Positions 29,515-39,691 are shown, counted from the first letter of the stretch. The stretch: DNA of 64,000 nt from a virus (IMGVR_UViG_3300030109_002859:1885-65884), one strand, 5' to 3'. Numbers and translations are program-made. Notes: a model not told the origin generated them from the sequence alone.

Positions 29515-30418
29515 ACTAAAAGAATACATTAAAAATTTAGTTGTTCAAGAATTAAAAAAAGATGAAGAACTTGATGAAGTATCTACAACTGCAACTGCCG
29601 GTATAGACGGAACAGGAACAGGACATTACGATACACCAAGAGCATTCGCTAGTGGTTCAAGCGCATCAAAAGGTGGACATCCAAAGCCAGATGTTATGGG
29701 ATATAAAAAAGTAAACGAAGGTTATGGTGAAATGATGGACGAACTTGAAAAAATATATAGACCATCAGGCGCACCACCAATTGCAAAAGAAGCATTAAAA
29801 GATTTAGCAGACGAATATGATATCGGTAGAGTATTATATGCAGCGAGAACAAACGAGAAATCATTTAGGGAAGTTTTGGATATGAAAATAGACCAACTTC
29901 AATCTCAATATGTAAATAAAAAACATATCAATACTATCAAACGAGGTAAAAAATTAAGAGAAGCTACTAAACAAGAAGTCAATGCATTAAAAAAATTCAT
30001 AAGAGATTTTGATAAAATGCAAAAACAATATTGGAACATCGCTAAAATGGGTGACAAAGAATTGACAAATACAAAATACAATAAACATTACGAAACTATT
30101 TTAGCAGCTCAAAAATCAATCGTTCAACTTGCAAGAGAAATACAAAATAAACAAATGATGGGTGAAGGTTTAAACGAAGGTCGTTACCACGATTGGAGAA
30201 ACGACGAATCAATGACACCAAAACAAAAAGTTGGTCGTTCAATGAGAGAAATTAGAGACGCATTAAACGAATTAGACAAAACCGTAAAGATGAATCTTAA
30301 ATTAAAAACAGAATTAAATATGAAGTCAGAAGACTATTGGAAAAACACACATAAAGCATTAACAAAAATTTCAGAAAGATTAGTTAAGATGGCGAATAAA
30401 ATAGGAAATTTAAAATGA
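29489..30418 (+). CDS. Modular head-associated protein
   Basis: Segments delimited by LDE, VNE, LRE, LNE. Confidence 0.65.
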   Translation: MSKSDKIAKLKEYIKNLVVQELKKDEELDEVSTTATAGIDGTGTGHYDTPRAFASGSSASKGGHPKPDVMGYKKVNEGYGEMMDELEKIYRPSGAPPIAKEALKDLADEYDIGRVLYAARTNEKSFREVLDMKIDQLQSQYVNKKHINTIKRGKKLREATKQEVNALKKFIRDFDKMQKQYWNIAKMGDKELTNTKYNKHYETILAAQKSIVQLAREIQNKQMMGEGLNEGRYHDWRNDESMTPKQKVGRSMREIRDALNELDKTVKMNLKLKTELNMKSEDYWKNTHKALTKISERLVKMANKIGNLK

Positions 30419-31029
30419 AACAAGTTATTGTAGATTATATACCATTCAGTATAACACCACAACAGATTACTGAAGCGATGAAAGAAAACAACGGAAAGTT
30501 AGTTGTTAAAGGTGTATTACAAAGAGCAGAAGCAAAAAATCAAAACGGAAGAGTGTATCCAAGAGATGTGTTAGTTCGTGAGTCAAAAAAGTATGACCAA
30601 AATTTTGTAAAACAAAACAGAGCACTCGGAGAACTTGACCATCCAGATTCGTCAGTAGTGAATTTAGCAAATGTATCTCATAACATTACAGAAATGCATT
30701 TTGAAGGTGATAATTTATTAGGAACAGTTGAAATACTAACGACACCAAGTGGAAACATTTTAAAAGAATTATTCCAAAACGGAATTAAATTAGGTATCAG
30801 TTCAAGAGGATTAGGTAGTGTTGAAATGGTTCAAGAAGCCAACGGAGACCAAGTAACTAAAGTAGGAGATGACTTTGAGTTAATCGCATTTGACTTTGTA
30901 TCAAATCCATCAACACACGGAGCATTTTTATATCCGATGAACGAGTCAGTAGAAAAACAGCAAGGTAGAACTTGTGGTGATTATTGTAAAGCAGAAGATA
31001 TAATTAACCATATTATAAGGGGTGAATAA
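30415..31029 (+). CDS. gp21: Prohead core protease (T4 gp21-like)
   Basis: NQNGRVYP, ALGELDHP, VSH, GISSRGLGS, FDFVSNPS. Confidence 0.96.
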   Translation: MKQVIVDYIPFSITPQQITEAMKENNGKLVVKGVLQRAEAKNQNGRVYPRDVLVRESKKYDQNFVKQNRALGELDHPDSSVVNLANVSHNITEMHFEGDNLLGTVEILTTPSGNILKELFQNGIKLGISSRGLGSVEMVQEANGDQVTKVGDDFELIAFDFVSNPSTHGAFLYPMNESVEKQQGRTCGDYCKAEDIINHIIRGE

Positions 31030-31784
31030 TGAAGGATTTAAAAATATTATCAGAAATGACAACAAGATTTGGAAATCGTAATATCAACGAATTGGATTTT
31101 AAAACTTCAGCAGAGTTTGCGGCATACAAGAAAAAGCACAAAATGAGACCAGGCACGGTTGTTAAAGTAGCCGGTAAAGATAAAGTTGTTGACGCACCAA
31201 AGGGTAAAAAGGGTAAAGCAAGTGGTGTAGAGTTCTCTACTTTCGGTAAAAAAGATATCAAAAGATTTGCGGATAGATATGGTGTAGAAGTTAAAAACAT
31301 TAGAAGTGGTCAACAAGGTAACTTAGCAGACTTTGAAGGAGACCCTGAAAAAATTAAAAAGATGTTAACAAGCACACAGTATGGAATGGAGCCAGAAGAC
31401 GCTAATGATTTACTTGGAATCAAAGATAAACCAAAAGTAGACAAGAAAACAGATAAAGAAATGTCATCAGCTGCAGACAAAGCAAATATGAAAATGGATA
31501 GAGATGAAATTATGGGTGTGTTAAATGCTAAAAACGAACCTTTTGCAGAAGAAGTTTACGATATTCTTGATGATAAATTTAAAAAGATGGGTTCACTTGG
31601 TAAAGAACTTAAACAAAAAGTAGACACATTAGCATCATATGAATCGGGTATTTATGATATGAGTGAAAAAGAATATGAACAAGGAAGAAAAGAAATAAAG
31701 AAAAAACTTGGTGATTATTATAAAAAAGAATTAGATGAAGGCATAGAAGAATTATCTAAAATCAAAACAAGATACAATAGATAA
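31029..31784 (+). CDS. Hypothetical protein, candidate head-internal protein
   Basis: MKDLKILSE leader, INE and LDE junctions. Confidence 0.65.
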   Translation: MKDLKILSEMTTRFGNRNINELDFKTSAEFAAYKKKHKMRPGTVVKVAGKDKVVDAPKGKKGKASGVEFSTFGKKDIKRFADRYGVEVKNIRSGQQGNLADFEGDPEKIKKMLTSTQYGMEPEDANDLLGIKDKPKVDKKTDKEMSSAADKANMKMDRDEIMGVLNAKNEPFAEEVYDILDDKFKKMGSLGKELKQKVDTLASYESGIYDMSEKEYEQGRKEIKKKLGDYYKKELDEGIEELSKIKTRYNR

Positions 31785-33406
31785 TGCCAGCACTTAGTAA
31801 AAAGCAACAAAAATTTATGGGGATTGTTAGGTCAATCCAAAAAGGTGAACAACCAGCATCTAAGTTTACTAAAAAGGCACAAGATGTAGCCAAGGATATG
31901 GAAAAGAAAAGTGTGAAGAAATTCGCATCAACTAAGCACAAGGGACTACCTATGAAAAAAGAACAGCAATATGGAACAGGTGATATCGTTAAGGATGTCA
32001 ATCCTACTTGTCCACACTACGGCGCTATGGGTAAAGTCAAAAAAGTAAAACCAAATTCAGTTGTGTTTGTTGTGAAGAACAAAGGTGATAACTTTGAACC
32101 AGGTCAAGAATTAGAAAAATCACACGACCAAATGAAAAAAGTAAACGAGATGTCAGCAAAATCTAAAAAGATTATCAACAAACTAAACAAAAAAGAAAAG
32201 GATATGTTTATGGATATGGTTGATATGATGGGGTTTGACCAGGTAATGGCAGACTACAAAAGAGATAAGAAAGCATTTAAACAAGCATTAAAGGATATGA
32301 CTGAAAATGTCAATGAGTCAGTAATCAAAGAACGTGTTGGCGCACAACAATTCAATAAAAATTTTGAAATGGCTATGAACTTACTCATCAAACAAGCAAA
32401 TAACTTAAAAGGTTCATTAGCCAAACATCCAATCAAACAAAATGTCAATAAATTAAAAGCATTCCTAAAACTATACAAAAAATTTATAGCACCATCAGTT
32501 GTGGAAAAAGATAGAAGTTTAGACCAAGACTTTGACTTTACTGAAATAAAAAAGAAGTTAGCAGACGGAAAATTTAAATCTACACTTGAATATTCTATTA
32601 TGAGTAAACTTGGTGGAAGTAGTTATCGTAGCAATTCATTCTACTTCTTAGATGACAAAGAACAGAAATTATTAGACAGGATATATGGTGGGTTAAGAAA
32701 GATAGTAAATGTTATGGACAAAGCACAATTAGAAAACATCAACGAAGACGGACACACAGATGTCGCATCATCAAAAAGAAAAGTAATGATTATGGTTCAA
32801 GATTCAAATAAACTATTGAATAAACTAAACGGAATGAACAAAGAAGATTCATTACCGAGTTGGTGGACAGATAAAATAACTTTATCACAGAATTATTTAG
32901 CAAAAGCAACAGACTACATAACTAATCCAGTTGAATCAGTAAATGAAGCAAGTGTATCACAAGTTCGTTCAACTTTATCAAGAGTTAAAAAACAATTGAT
33001 GAAAAAATGGGCTAAAAAAGGTGGATACGAAAACTTTGGTCAAAAAGAACTTCGTGCATTAAAAAGTAAGTTTAAAGAAAATCCTTATGGTAGTCCACAA
33101 GAAAGACAGATTTCAAAGATGTTAGATGCATTTGATAATTGGGCTATGAATTATAGTGGTGATATGAAAGAATCAGTAAATGAAGGTAAGGGTGTAGAAA
33201 AAGTCTTAAAAATGGCAAATGACCAATCATTTGGAAAACTCGGTGGTAGAACCGTAGACGCTTTAAGTGCAGGTTTATTTAAAGGAGTGTATGATAAAGC
33301 ACCACAAAACGCAAAAGATAAAATTAACAAAATGAACGAAAAACAATTATATGTATTTATGACTAAATTGTGGAGTAAGTTTGGTAATCAAGTTAGGATA
33401 GGTTAA
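31784..33406 (+). CDS. Modular protein (DUF3008-like N-terminus), candidate polyprotein
   Basis: MPALSKKQQKFMG..FASTKHKGLP; repeated VNE/INE junctions. Confidence 0.7.
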   Translation: MPALSKKQQKFMGIVRSIQKGEQPASKFTKKAQDVAKDMEKKSVKKFASTKHKGLPMKKEQQYGTGDIVKDVNPTCPHYGAMGKVKKVKPNSVVFVVKNKGDNFEPGQELEKSHDQMKKVNEMSAKSKKIINKLNKKEKDMFMDMVDMMGFDQVMADYKRDKKAFKQALKDMTENVNESVIKERVGAQQFNKNFEMAMNLLIKQANNLKGSLAKHPIKQNVNKLKAFLKLYKKFIAPSVVEKDRSLDQDFDFTEIKKKLADGKFKSTLEYSIMSKLGGSSYRSNSFYFLDDKEQKLLDRIYGGLRKIVNVMDKAQLENINEDGHTDVASSKRKVMIMVQDSNKLLNKLNGMNKEDSLPSWWTDKITLSQNYLAKATDYITNPVESVNEASVSQVRSTLSRVKKQLMKKWAKKGGYENFGQKELRALKSKFKENPYGSPQERQISKMLDAFDNWAMNYSGDMKESVNEGKGVEKVLKMANDQSFGKLGGRTVDALSAGLFKGVYDKAPQNAKDKINKMNEKQLYVFMTKLWSKFGNQVRIG

Positions 33407-33796
33407 ATGGATAAAAAAACTATAAAAGATATGAACGCCAAATGGAAAGACTTTCGTTTAACAGAACGAACAGCAAAACACGGATTTGATTTAGCAGGTT
33501 TTAAACCAGGCGGATATAAAAAAGTATTAAAGGCATTAGGTATTCCTATGAAATCAAAGATTGGTAAACCTGACAAAGGATTTCAATGGAAAGGTCGTAA
33601 CATTTTAATCGTGACAGGTAATGACCCAATCACAGGAAAGTTTCGTAATCCAGAAAATCGTGACCCGGAAAGAAATTACGCATCCTATATTGGAATTGAG
33701 GGGGATGAGAAGAAAGTAGAACAGGCAGTAAAGTTGATAAAACAAAATCTTCAATACTACAAAGAAGAATCAAAAGGTAAAAGGGACTTTATATAA
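33407..33796 (+). CDS. Hypothetical protein
   Basis: Abutting ORF; short leader ending RLTE. Confidence 0.65.
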   Translation: MDKKTIKDMNAKWKDFRLTERTAKHGFDLAGFKPGGYKKVLKALGIPMKSKIGKPDKGFQWKGRNILIVTGNDPITGKFRNPENRDPERNYASYIGIEGDEKKVEQAVKLIKQNLQYYKEESKGKRDFI

Positions 33797-34854
33797 TGAT
33801 TAAGATTAAAAGTATCATAAGAGAACACTCAATTATAATGACTGAAGCATTTTCATCAGGTAAACTTCGTGTGTTAGCAAATGATTGGAGAGGTTTAGAT
33901 TCAGACTTTTGGAATTATGGAGCAAAACTTGGTGTTCAATGGGATAAAATTACAGATAAAGAAATAGAAACCAATACTAAACCAAAGAAAAAAGGTATTG
34001 AGATTGCATATGTGGATAAAGATGTTACGGTGCCGGGTAAAGGTCGTGAAACAAGATACTCTCGTAATTATGATTTCGGTATAGATAAATTTACAGCAAT
34101 TACAGTATTGAAAGACGGAAAACCACTTTGGTATACAAAAAGTTGGAAACCATTAACCAATGTAATGACCGCAACAGGTAAAAGAACCACAGGAAATCGT
34201 TATGGTGGTAGAAGAAGTAATGTGCCAGATGTGGACGCAGGTTCAAAAAGTTATTCAAGAGGTAAACAATTCGGTGCAAACATTTATGGGTATCAATCAT
34301 TAGGAGCAATAATGAAAATACCAGGTATTAAATTTCACCACATTAATTTAGAAGAAGACCAACCTTATATGGGCGCTGGAATCAAACGACAAATGAGACA
34401 AGCAGCTCAATTCGGAGCAGCAAAGTTCACAACTAATGATGAATTCAAAAGAATTAATGACCAATACTTTGATGAATTGTTAAGACAAAGACTTAACGAC
34501 CCTAAAAAATTAGACAAAAAAGTTAAACAAGCAGCTAACTTTTGTCAATCAATTATTGATTCAGCGCTTGGTGGTAAGAAAGCAACAGGTAAAGTTAAAA
34601 GTTTTATTGATAAATATCAATCTAATAGAACCGCAAAGACTGGTGAATCAGAAGCATATCAGTTAGCAGCAACCGTAGGTTCACAATTAAATCGTTTATA
34701 TGAATACTATGGATATTACTTGGGTTCAATTCAAAAAGAAAAAGAAGACAAAATTAAATACGGAACAACAGACTTTACCAGAAGTGATACTGAGGGATAT
34801 GCAAAAGATGTTCAAAGTAAATACAATACAATTATGACGATGAATTTTAGATAA
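33796..34854 (+). CDS. Hypothetical protein with MIKIKSIIRE leader
   Basis: TAATG coupling; shared N-terminal motif. Confidence 0.7.
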   Translation: MIKIKSIIREHSIIMTEAFSSGKLRVLANDWRGLDSDFWNYGAKLGVQWDKITDKEIETNTKPKKKGIEIAYVDKDVTVPGKGRETRYSRNYDFGIDKFTAITVLKDGKPLWYTKSWKPLTNVMTATGKRTTGNRYGGRRSNVPDVDAGSKSYSRGKQFGANIYGYQSLGAIMKIPGIKFHHINLEEDQPYMGAGIKRQMRQAAQFGAAKFTTNDEFKRINDQYFDELLRQRLNDPKKLDKKVKQAANFCQSIIDSALGGKKATGKVKSFIDKYQSNRTAKTGESEAYQLAATVGSQLNRLYEYYGYYLGSIQKEKEDKIKYGTTDFTRSDTEGYAKDVQSKYNTIMTMNFR

Positions 34855-35396
34855 TGATTAAGTTAAAAAACATATTAAACGAAAAATTTGAAATGCCTGA
34901 CAATGAAAAGCGTCAGTTAAAGACTGCTATCAAAGCATTCAACAAGAAGAAAAAAGAATTCTTCGGTCTAAATAGTTCCATAGTGATAATGGCAAAAGTT
35001 TTGAAAAAAAATAAATTTCCAGGCACGGCAAGAGAATTAGAGAATGCTTTAGTAACTCTTAGAAAAGCGGTAGAAAATGTTGAATCACAACATATGAATG
35101 AAGCATTTTCTGGAATTACTAATGTGGGTCCTGGATATTCAAATCCAGAAGCTCAAAAGTTTTCAGTAGATGCGGTGAACAAAGCAGGAAAAGAAATTGG
35201 AAAAGCTCAACAAAGAGCAGTTAGTATTTTTACATCAGATATGAAAAACAAGAAGTATGACAAAATGGACTTGGCAAGAAGTATTAAACAAGGAAACATT
35301 AGAGACGCAAGTAATTCTAAAAGAGAAGTATTGTCCAGATTATTCTATGATGTAAGAGATAGATTTAACAAATACAATAGACGAAAAAAGAATTAA
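34854..35396 (+). CDS. Hypothetical protein with MIKLKNILNE leader
   Basis: TAATG coupling; shared N-terminal motif. Confidence 0.7.
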   Translation: MIKLKNILNEKFEMPDNEKRQLKTAIKAFNKKKKEFFGLNSSIVIMAKVLKKNKFPGTARELENALVTLRKAVENVESQHMNEAFSGITNVGPGYSNPEAQKFSVDAVNKAGKEIGKAQQRAVSIFTSDMKNKKYDKMDLARSIKQGNIRDASNSKREVLSRLFYDVRDRFNKYNRRKKN

Positions 35397-35425
35397 CTTA
35401 TATTTATATACAAGGAGAACATAAA

Positions 35426-36067
35426 ATGGCAAAGTTAAAAGATTTAGTAAAAGAGAATTTCTCATTAGTGGGTGGTGTAGTTTCTACACCGGCAGTTAAT
35501 GCAGGATATGGTTCTTTATCACAAATCGTTAAAGAAAAATATGGTGAACAAACACAAAAAGTATCATCAAACCAAGTTAAAGAAGCTTTACAAAACTATA
35601 ACAAGTTAGGGGAAGCTCTTTATCAACAACAATCATTAAAAGAAACTGCAAAATCTCTATCTAAGATAGCAGAAATGGCAGCAACACACACGGTTCAAGA
35701 AACTGAAAGTTGGTTTGATAAAGTTACGGTAACTCGTAATATGAAAGAATTAACCAATCATTCAAAATCATTTTCAAAGATTGCAGAAGAAGCATCATCA
35801 GTTCAACAAAGATTAGCTGGACTATATGAAGATATGGGTAGTATCTTAAATCGTTACTACGATATTCCAGAAGGTGCAGAACAAGTCAACAAAGATGAAG
35901 AAGAAAAAGATGAACTTCAAGAAGGTGATTACGAAGCATTCTTCCAAAAAGCAATGAAAAAATTTGGAATATCTTCACCAGACGAATTAGGTTCTGATGA
36001 AAAGAAGAAAAAGTTTTTCAACTATGTAGACAAAAATTACAAAGCAAAAGCTGAAGGAATAAGATAA
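35426..36067 (+). CDS. Head-module helical protein with MAKLKDLVKE leader
   Basis: ATATTTATA at 35400, AAGGAG SD; C-terminal EGDYEAFFQKAMKKFG..KKFFNYVDKNYK module. Confidence 0.7.
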   Translation: MAKLKDLVKENFSLVGGVVSTPAVNAGYGSLSQIVKEKYGEQTQKVSSNQVKEALQNYNKLGEALYQQQSLKETAKSLSKIAEMAATHTVQETESWFDKVTVTRNMKELTNHSKSFSKIAEEASSVQQRLAGLYEDMGSILNRYYDIPEGAEQVNKDEEEKDELQEGDYEAFFQKAMKKFGISSPDELGSDEKKKKFFNYVDKNYKAKAEGIR

Positions 36068-36426
36068 TGAAATTAAAAGACTTATTATCAGAGTCAAGTT
36101 TAAAAGTATTGGACAGAAAGTTTGGTGAGCCATTACCAACACTTGCTGACACTACAAGAGCATACAAGTTAAAACAAGAAGAATTAAATGAGAAAGCAGC
36201 TACAGCTGGAGACAAAGATGTTAAAACAGTAGCAGCAATGATTGGTAAGTCACCATTAGATGTTAGAGATTTTGTCAACCAGTATGACGACCTTGACGCA
36301 GATGATTTGATAGATGTTTTAGACTCTGGTGCAGATAGAAGAAGAAATGCATTGATGGTTATGGCTGCTATGAAAGGTAATCGTAGAGCATTAAAAGAAT
36401 TAGACAAACTATTTGGTATTTTATAA
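36067..36426 (+). CDS. Hypothetical protein with MKLKDLLSE leader
   Basis: TAATG coupling; RKFGEPLPTL module. Confidence 0.7.
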   Translation: MKLKDLLSESSLKVLDRKFGEPLPTLADTTRAYKLKQEELNEKAATAGDKDVKTVAAMIGKSPLDVRDFVNQYDDLDADDLIDVLDSGADRRRNALMVMAAMKGNRRALKELDKLFGIL

Positions 36427-36447
36427 ACAAAAGAAAGAGAGTAAAGG

Positions 36448-36648
36448 TTGTTAAAAGTAGAGATTCGTAAGGGTCAATCAGTAGAAAAAGCACTTAAAAT
36501 ATTTAAACGAAAAGTCAAAGATTCTGGCATTATGTTTGAATTAAAAGAGCGTTCCTTTTACAAAAAGCCATCGGCTATTAAAAGAGAACAAAGAAATAAA
36601 GCAAAGTTAAGAGCAAAATACGAAAAATTAAAAAATCAAGACGATTAA
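36448..36648 (+). CDS. rpsU: Phage-encoded 30S ribosomal protein bS21
   Basis: V..RKGQSVEKALKIFKRKVKDSG...ELKERSFYKKPS..KR matches the bS21 pattern; TTG start. Confidence 0.9.
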   Translation: MLKVEIRKGQSVEKALKIFKRKVKDSGIMFELKERSFYKKPSAIKREQRNKAKLRAKYEKLKNQDD

Positions 36649-36812
36649 AATAAATCACACAAAGTGTGTATATTTTTCACAAACTTGATACTTATTACTA
36701 AATAAATACACTATCGTGCATTCGCACAACATATAGTGTAACCGATTAAAACTAATCTTATTATAGTTCCCAATAACTATATTGAATCCAAATAAAATTA
36801 TGGAGATTAATA

Positions 36813-38033
36813 ATGGATGATTTACTAAAAGACGCTATTGCGGATGCTAAGGCAGTTAGAGAAACTGCACTTGCAAACGCTAAAATAGCACTTGAGGAAG
36901 CATTCACACCACGTTTGCAATCTATGTTGTCAAAGAAAATCGCTACAGAAATGGAAGACGCTGATGAAACTGAAGATGCTGAAGAAAGAGGCATGGACGA
37001 AGAAGAAGCTGAAGAAATGATGGACAAAGACGAGATGGAAGCTGAGGAAATGATGGACAAGGATGAAATGGAAGCTGAAGAAGAAATGGACGCAGAAGAA
37101 ATGAAAGACGCTGAAGAAATGGAAAAAGAAGAAGAAATGGATGCCGAGGAAATGATGGACAAGGACGAAACAGAAGACGCAGAAGAAGAAGAAGAAATGG
37201 ACGAATCTGAGGATAAAGAAGAAACTGAGGACAAAGACGAAGAGGAAATGGACGAAGTTGAAGATAAAGACGAAGAAGAGAAAATGGACGAATCTGAAGA
37301 TGCGGAAGAAGAAGACGAACTTGACCTTGAATCAGTATTAGCTGAGTTGGAAAAAGACCTTGATGACGAAGACCAAATGGATGAAATCGAAGACAAAGAC
37401 GAAGAAGAAAAAGTCGATGAAAACGATGTATCATCTGATATTGGTAAATCTGATAACAAAGTCAATCCAGAAGCAAATGACTCTTCAAAGACAGGTGCAC
37501 AAGGACCAGAAGGCGAAGGTAAAGACGAGCCAGCAGGTAACGAACTTGACGACCACGATGTTGTTAAGGAAGCTGAAGACAAGGACGAAGAAGACTTAGA
37601 CCTTGACGAAGTTCTTAGAGCACTTACTGAAGAAGACAAAGAAGAGCAAGACGCGGAAGAGAATGAAAAACTCAAAAAAGAAATACAGGAAACTCGTACT
37701 GTAGTAAAATTCATGCGAGCAAAATTAAACGAAGTTAATTTATTGAACGCTAAACTATTGTTCTCGAACAAATTGTTTAGAGCATTTGGACTTAACAACA
37801 ACCAGAAACTAAAAGTTGTAGAAAACTTTGACAGAACTAAAAACTTAAGAGAAGTTAAATTGGTATACGCTACATTAGCAGAATCATTTAAGAAACCTTC
37901 TAAGATTAGTGAGTCAGTTTCTAAAGGTTCAAGTTCAAAACCAGTTCGTTCTACAAAACCAGCGAAAGCACAGGTATTGGCAGAAGGAAATGAGTTAAAA
38001 GCAAGATTCAAGAAATTAGCAAACATACTTTAA
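36813..38033 (+). CDS. Prohead core scaffold protein (gp22-like)
   Basis: AIADAKAVRETALANAK..LEEAFTP N-terminus, long acidic EEMDxxE repeats, RFKKLANI C-terminus, directly before the capsid gene. Confidence 0.85.
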   Translation: MDDLLKDAIADAKAVRETALANAKIALEEAFTPRLQSMLSKKIATEMEDADETEDAEERGMDEEEAEEMMDKDEMEAEEMMDKDEMEAEEEMDAEEMKDAEEMEKEEEMDAEEMMDKDETEDAEEEEEMDESEDKEETEDKDEEEMDEVEDKDEEEKMDESEDAEEEDELDLESVLAELEKDLDDEDQMDEIEDKDEEEKVDENDVSSDIGKSDNKVNPEANDSSKTGAQGPEGEGKDEPAGNELDDHDVVKEAEDKDEEDLDLDEVLRALTEEDKEEQDAEENEKLKKEIQETRTVVKFMRAKLNEVNLLNAKLLFSNKLFRAFGLNNNQKLKVVENFDRTKNLREVKLVYATLAESFKKPSKISESVSKGSSSKPVRSTKPAKAQVLAEGNELKARFKKLANIL

Positions 38034-38044
38034 GGAGATTAACC

Positions 38045-39691
38045 GTGAGTAAATTAAATTCAATAGAATCTTTGATGGATGGATATAATCCACAAAGACA
38101 GCTACTTGAGCAGACTCGTCAGTTAGTCAAGAAATGGGAGCCAACAGGACTTTTAGAAGGTCTTGAGGACGAAACCAAAGTTCACGGAATGGCAGTATTG
38201 CTTGAAAACCAAGCAGGACAGCTAATCCAAGAAGCTTCTATTACAGGTGGTCAAAACGCAGAAGAATGGAGTGGCGTAGCCCTTCCATTAGTTCGTAGAA
38301 TTTTTGGTGAACTTGCAGCACAAGAATTTGTGTCAGTTCAACCAATGAATCTACCTTCTGGTCTGATTTTCTATCTTGACTTCAAATATGGTACAGCCCA
38401 AACAGGTAACCATACTGAAAACTCTGATGTATATGGTAACACATCAGCATCTGACGTAGACGCCGCAGGCGGTCTATATGGCGCAGGTAAGTTCGGATAC
38501 TCAATCAACGATAAAGAAACTGCAGTCCAATTAATTGGTACAGCAGCTTCAGCATCAACTTTCTCAACTGGCTCAGTCACTTGGAAAGATGTTGATTTTG
38601 AACCAGACCTATCAGCATCAGCAGCTATCGCCGATACTGCAGATAATGCATTATTAAAAATTGTAACTGCGAAAGCATCATACACAAACCTAGACGAAGA
38701 TGGAGTGAGAGCATTCTCAATTTCAGGTTCTGGTTTTGATGAGTTTTTCCCAGCTTACACAGAGTGGTCAGATTCAGCTTCAACAGTAACATTTATTGTT
38801 AGAAAGTCTGGAACAGCCGCTCCAGTAAACGCAGTTGTGAAATATCACAAACAACCAGCAACTAATTACAGCAGAACAGATTTCGAACCTTCAGCATCAC
38901 AAGTTGACGCTAATCCAGAAGGTGACATTGATATTCCTGAATTAGACATTGCGTTAAAGAGCATACCAATCATCGCTAAAACTCGTAAGTTAAAAGCAGT
39001 CTGGACTCCAGAACTTGCTCAAGACTTAAACGCTTACCATTCAGTAGACGCAGAAGCAGAGTTAACATCACTATTATCAGAATACATTTCAATGGAAATT
39101 GATTTAGAAATTCTTGATATGTTGATGGCTAACGCTTCAGCAAAAACAGAATTCTGGTCAGCAAGAGTTGGATACGAATATGATGGAACTGATTCATTTG
39201 TTGAATCAAGTGGTGCTTCAAACGCTTACACTAAAGGTGACTGGTTCCAAACACTTGGAAACAAAATCCAAAGCGTAAGTAACGCAATTCACCAGAAGAC
39301 ACTAAGAGGTGGAGCAAACTTCATCGTAGTTTCTCCTGAAACTGCAACAATCCTTGAATCAATTCCTGGATACGCAACTTCAGCAGATGGTGACGCTAAC
39401 ACAAATCAATTCGCTATGGGTGTTCAAAAGGTAGGGGCAATTAATAACAGATACACTGTTTACAAAAACCCTTATATGTTAGAAAACCAAATCCTTGTAG
39501 GATTTAGAGGTGCTAACTTCCTTGAAACAGGTGCGGTGTATTCACCATATGTGCCGTTAATTATGACACCATTAGTATACGACCCTAAAAACTTCACGCC
39601 AAGAAAAGGTGTGATGACAAGATACGCTAAGAAGATGGTTCGTCCTGAATTCTATGGTAAAGTCGTAGTTGCAGATGTTAACTATGTATAA
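38045..39691 (+). CDS. gp23: Major capsid protein (T4 gp23-like)
   Basis: SVQPMNLPSGLIFYLDF, KTRKLKAVWTPELAQDLNAYH, YSPYVPL, GVMTRY; GTG start after AAGGAG. Confidence 0.97.
   Translation: MSKLNSIESLMDGYNPQRQLLEQTRQLVKKWEPTGLLEGLEDETKVHGMAVLLENQAGQLIQEASITGGQNAEEWSGVALPLVRRIFGELAAQEFVSVQPMNLPSGLIFYLDFKYGTAQTGNHTENSDVYGNTSASDVDAAGGLYGAGKFGYSINDKETAVQLIGTAASASTFSTGSVTWKDVDFEPDLSASAAIADTADNALLKIVTAKASYTNLDEDGVRAFSISGSGFDEFFPAYTEWSDSASTVTFIVRKSGTAAPVNAVVKYHKQPATNYSRTDFEPSASQVDANPEGDIDIPELDIALKSIPIIAKTRKLKAVWTPELAQDLNAYHSVDAEAELTSLLSEYISMEIDLEILDMLMANASAKTEFWSARVGYEYDGTDSFVESSGASNAYTKGDWFQTLGNKIQSVSNAIHQKTLRGGANFIVVSPETATILESIPGYATSADGDANTNQFAMGVQKVGAINNRYTVYKNPYMLENQILVGFRGANFLETGAVYSPYVPLIMTPLVYDPKNFTPRKGVMTRYAKKMVRPEFYGKVVVADVNYV

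Noticed and set aside
36761-38026. 421-aa minus-strand ORF and other ORFs overlapping the scaffold gene
   Set aside because: Ser-rich mirror of the GAA/GAC-rich scaffold codons; no independent signals
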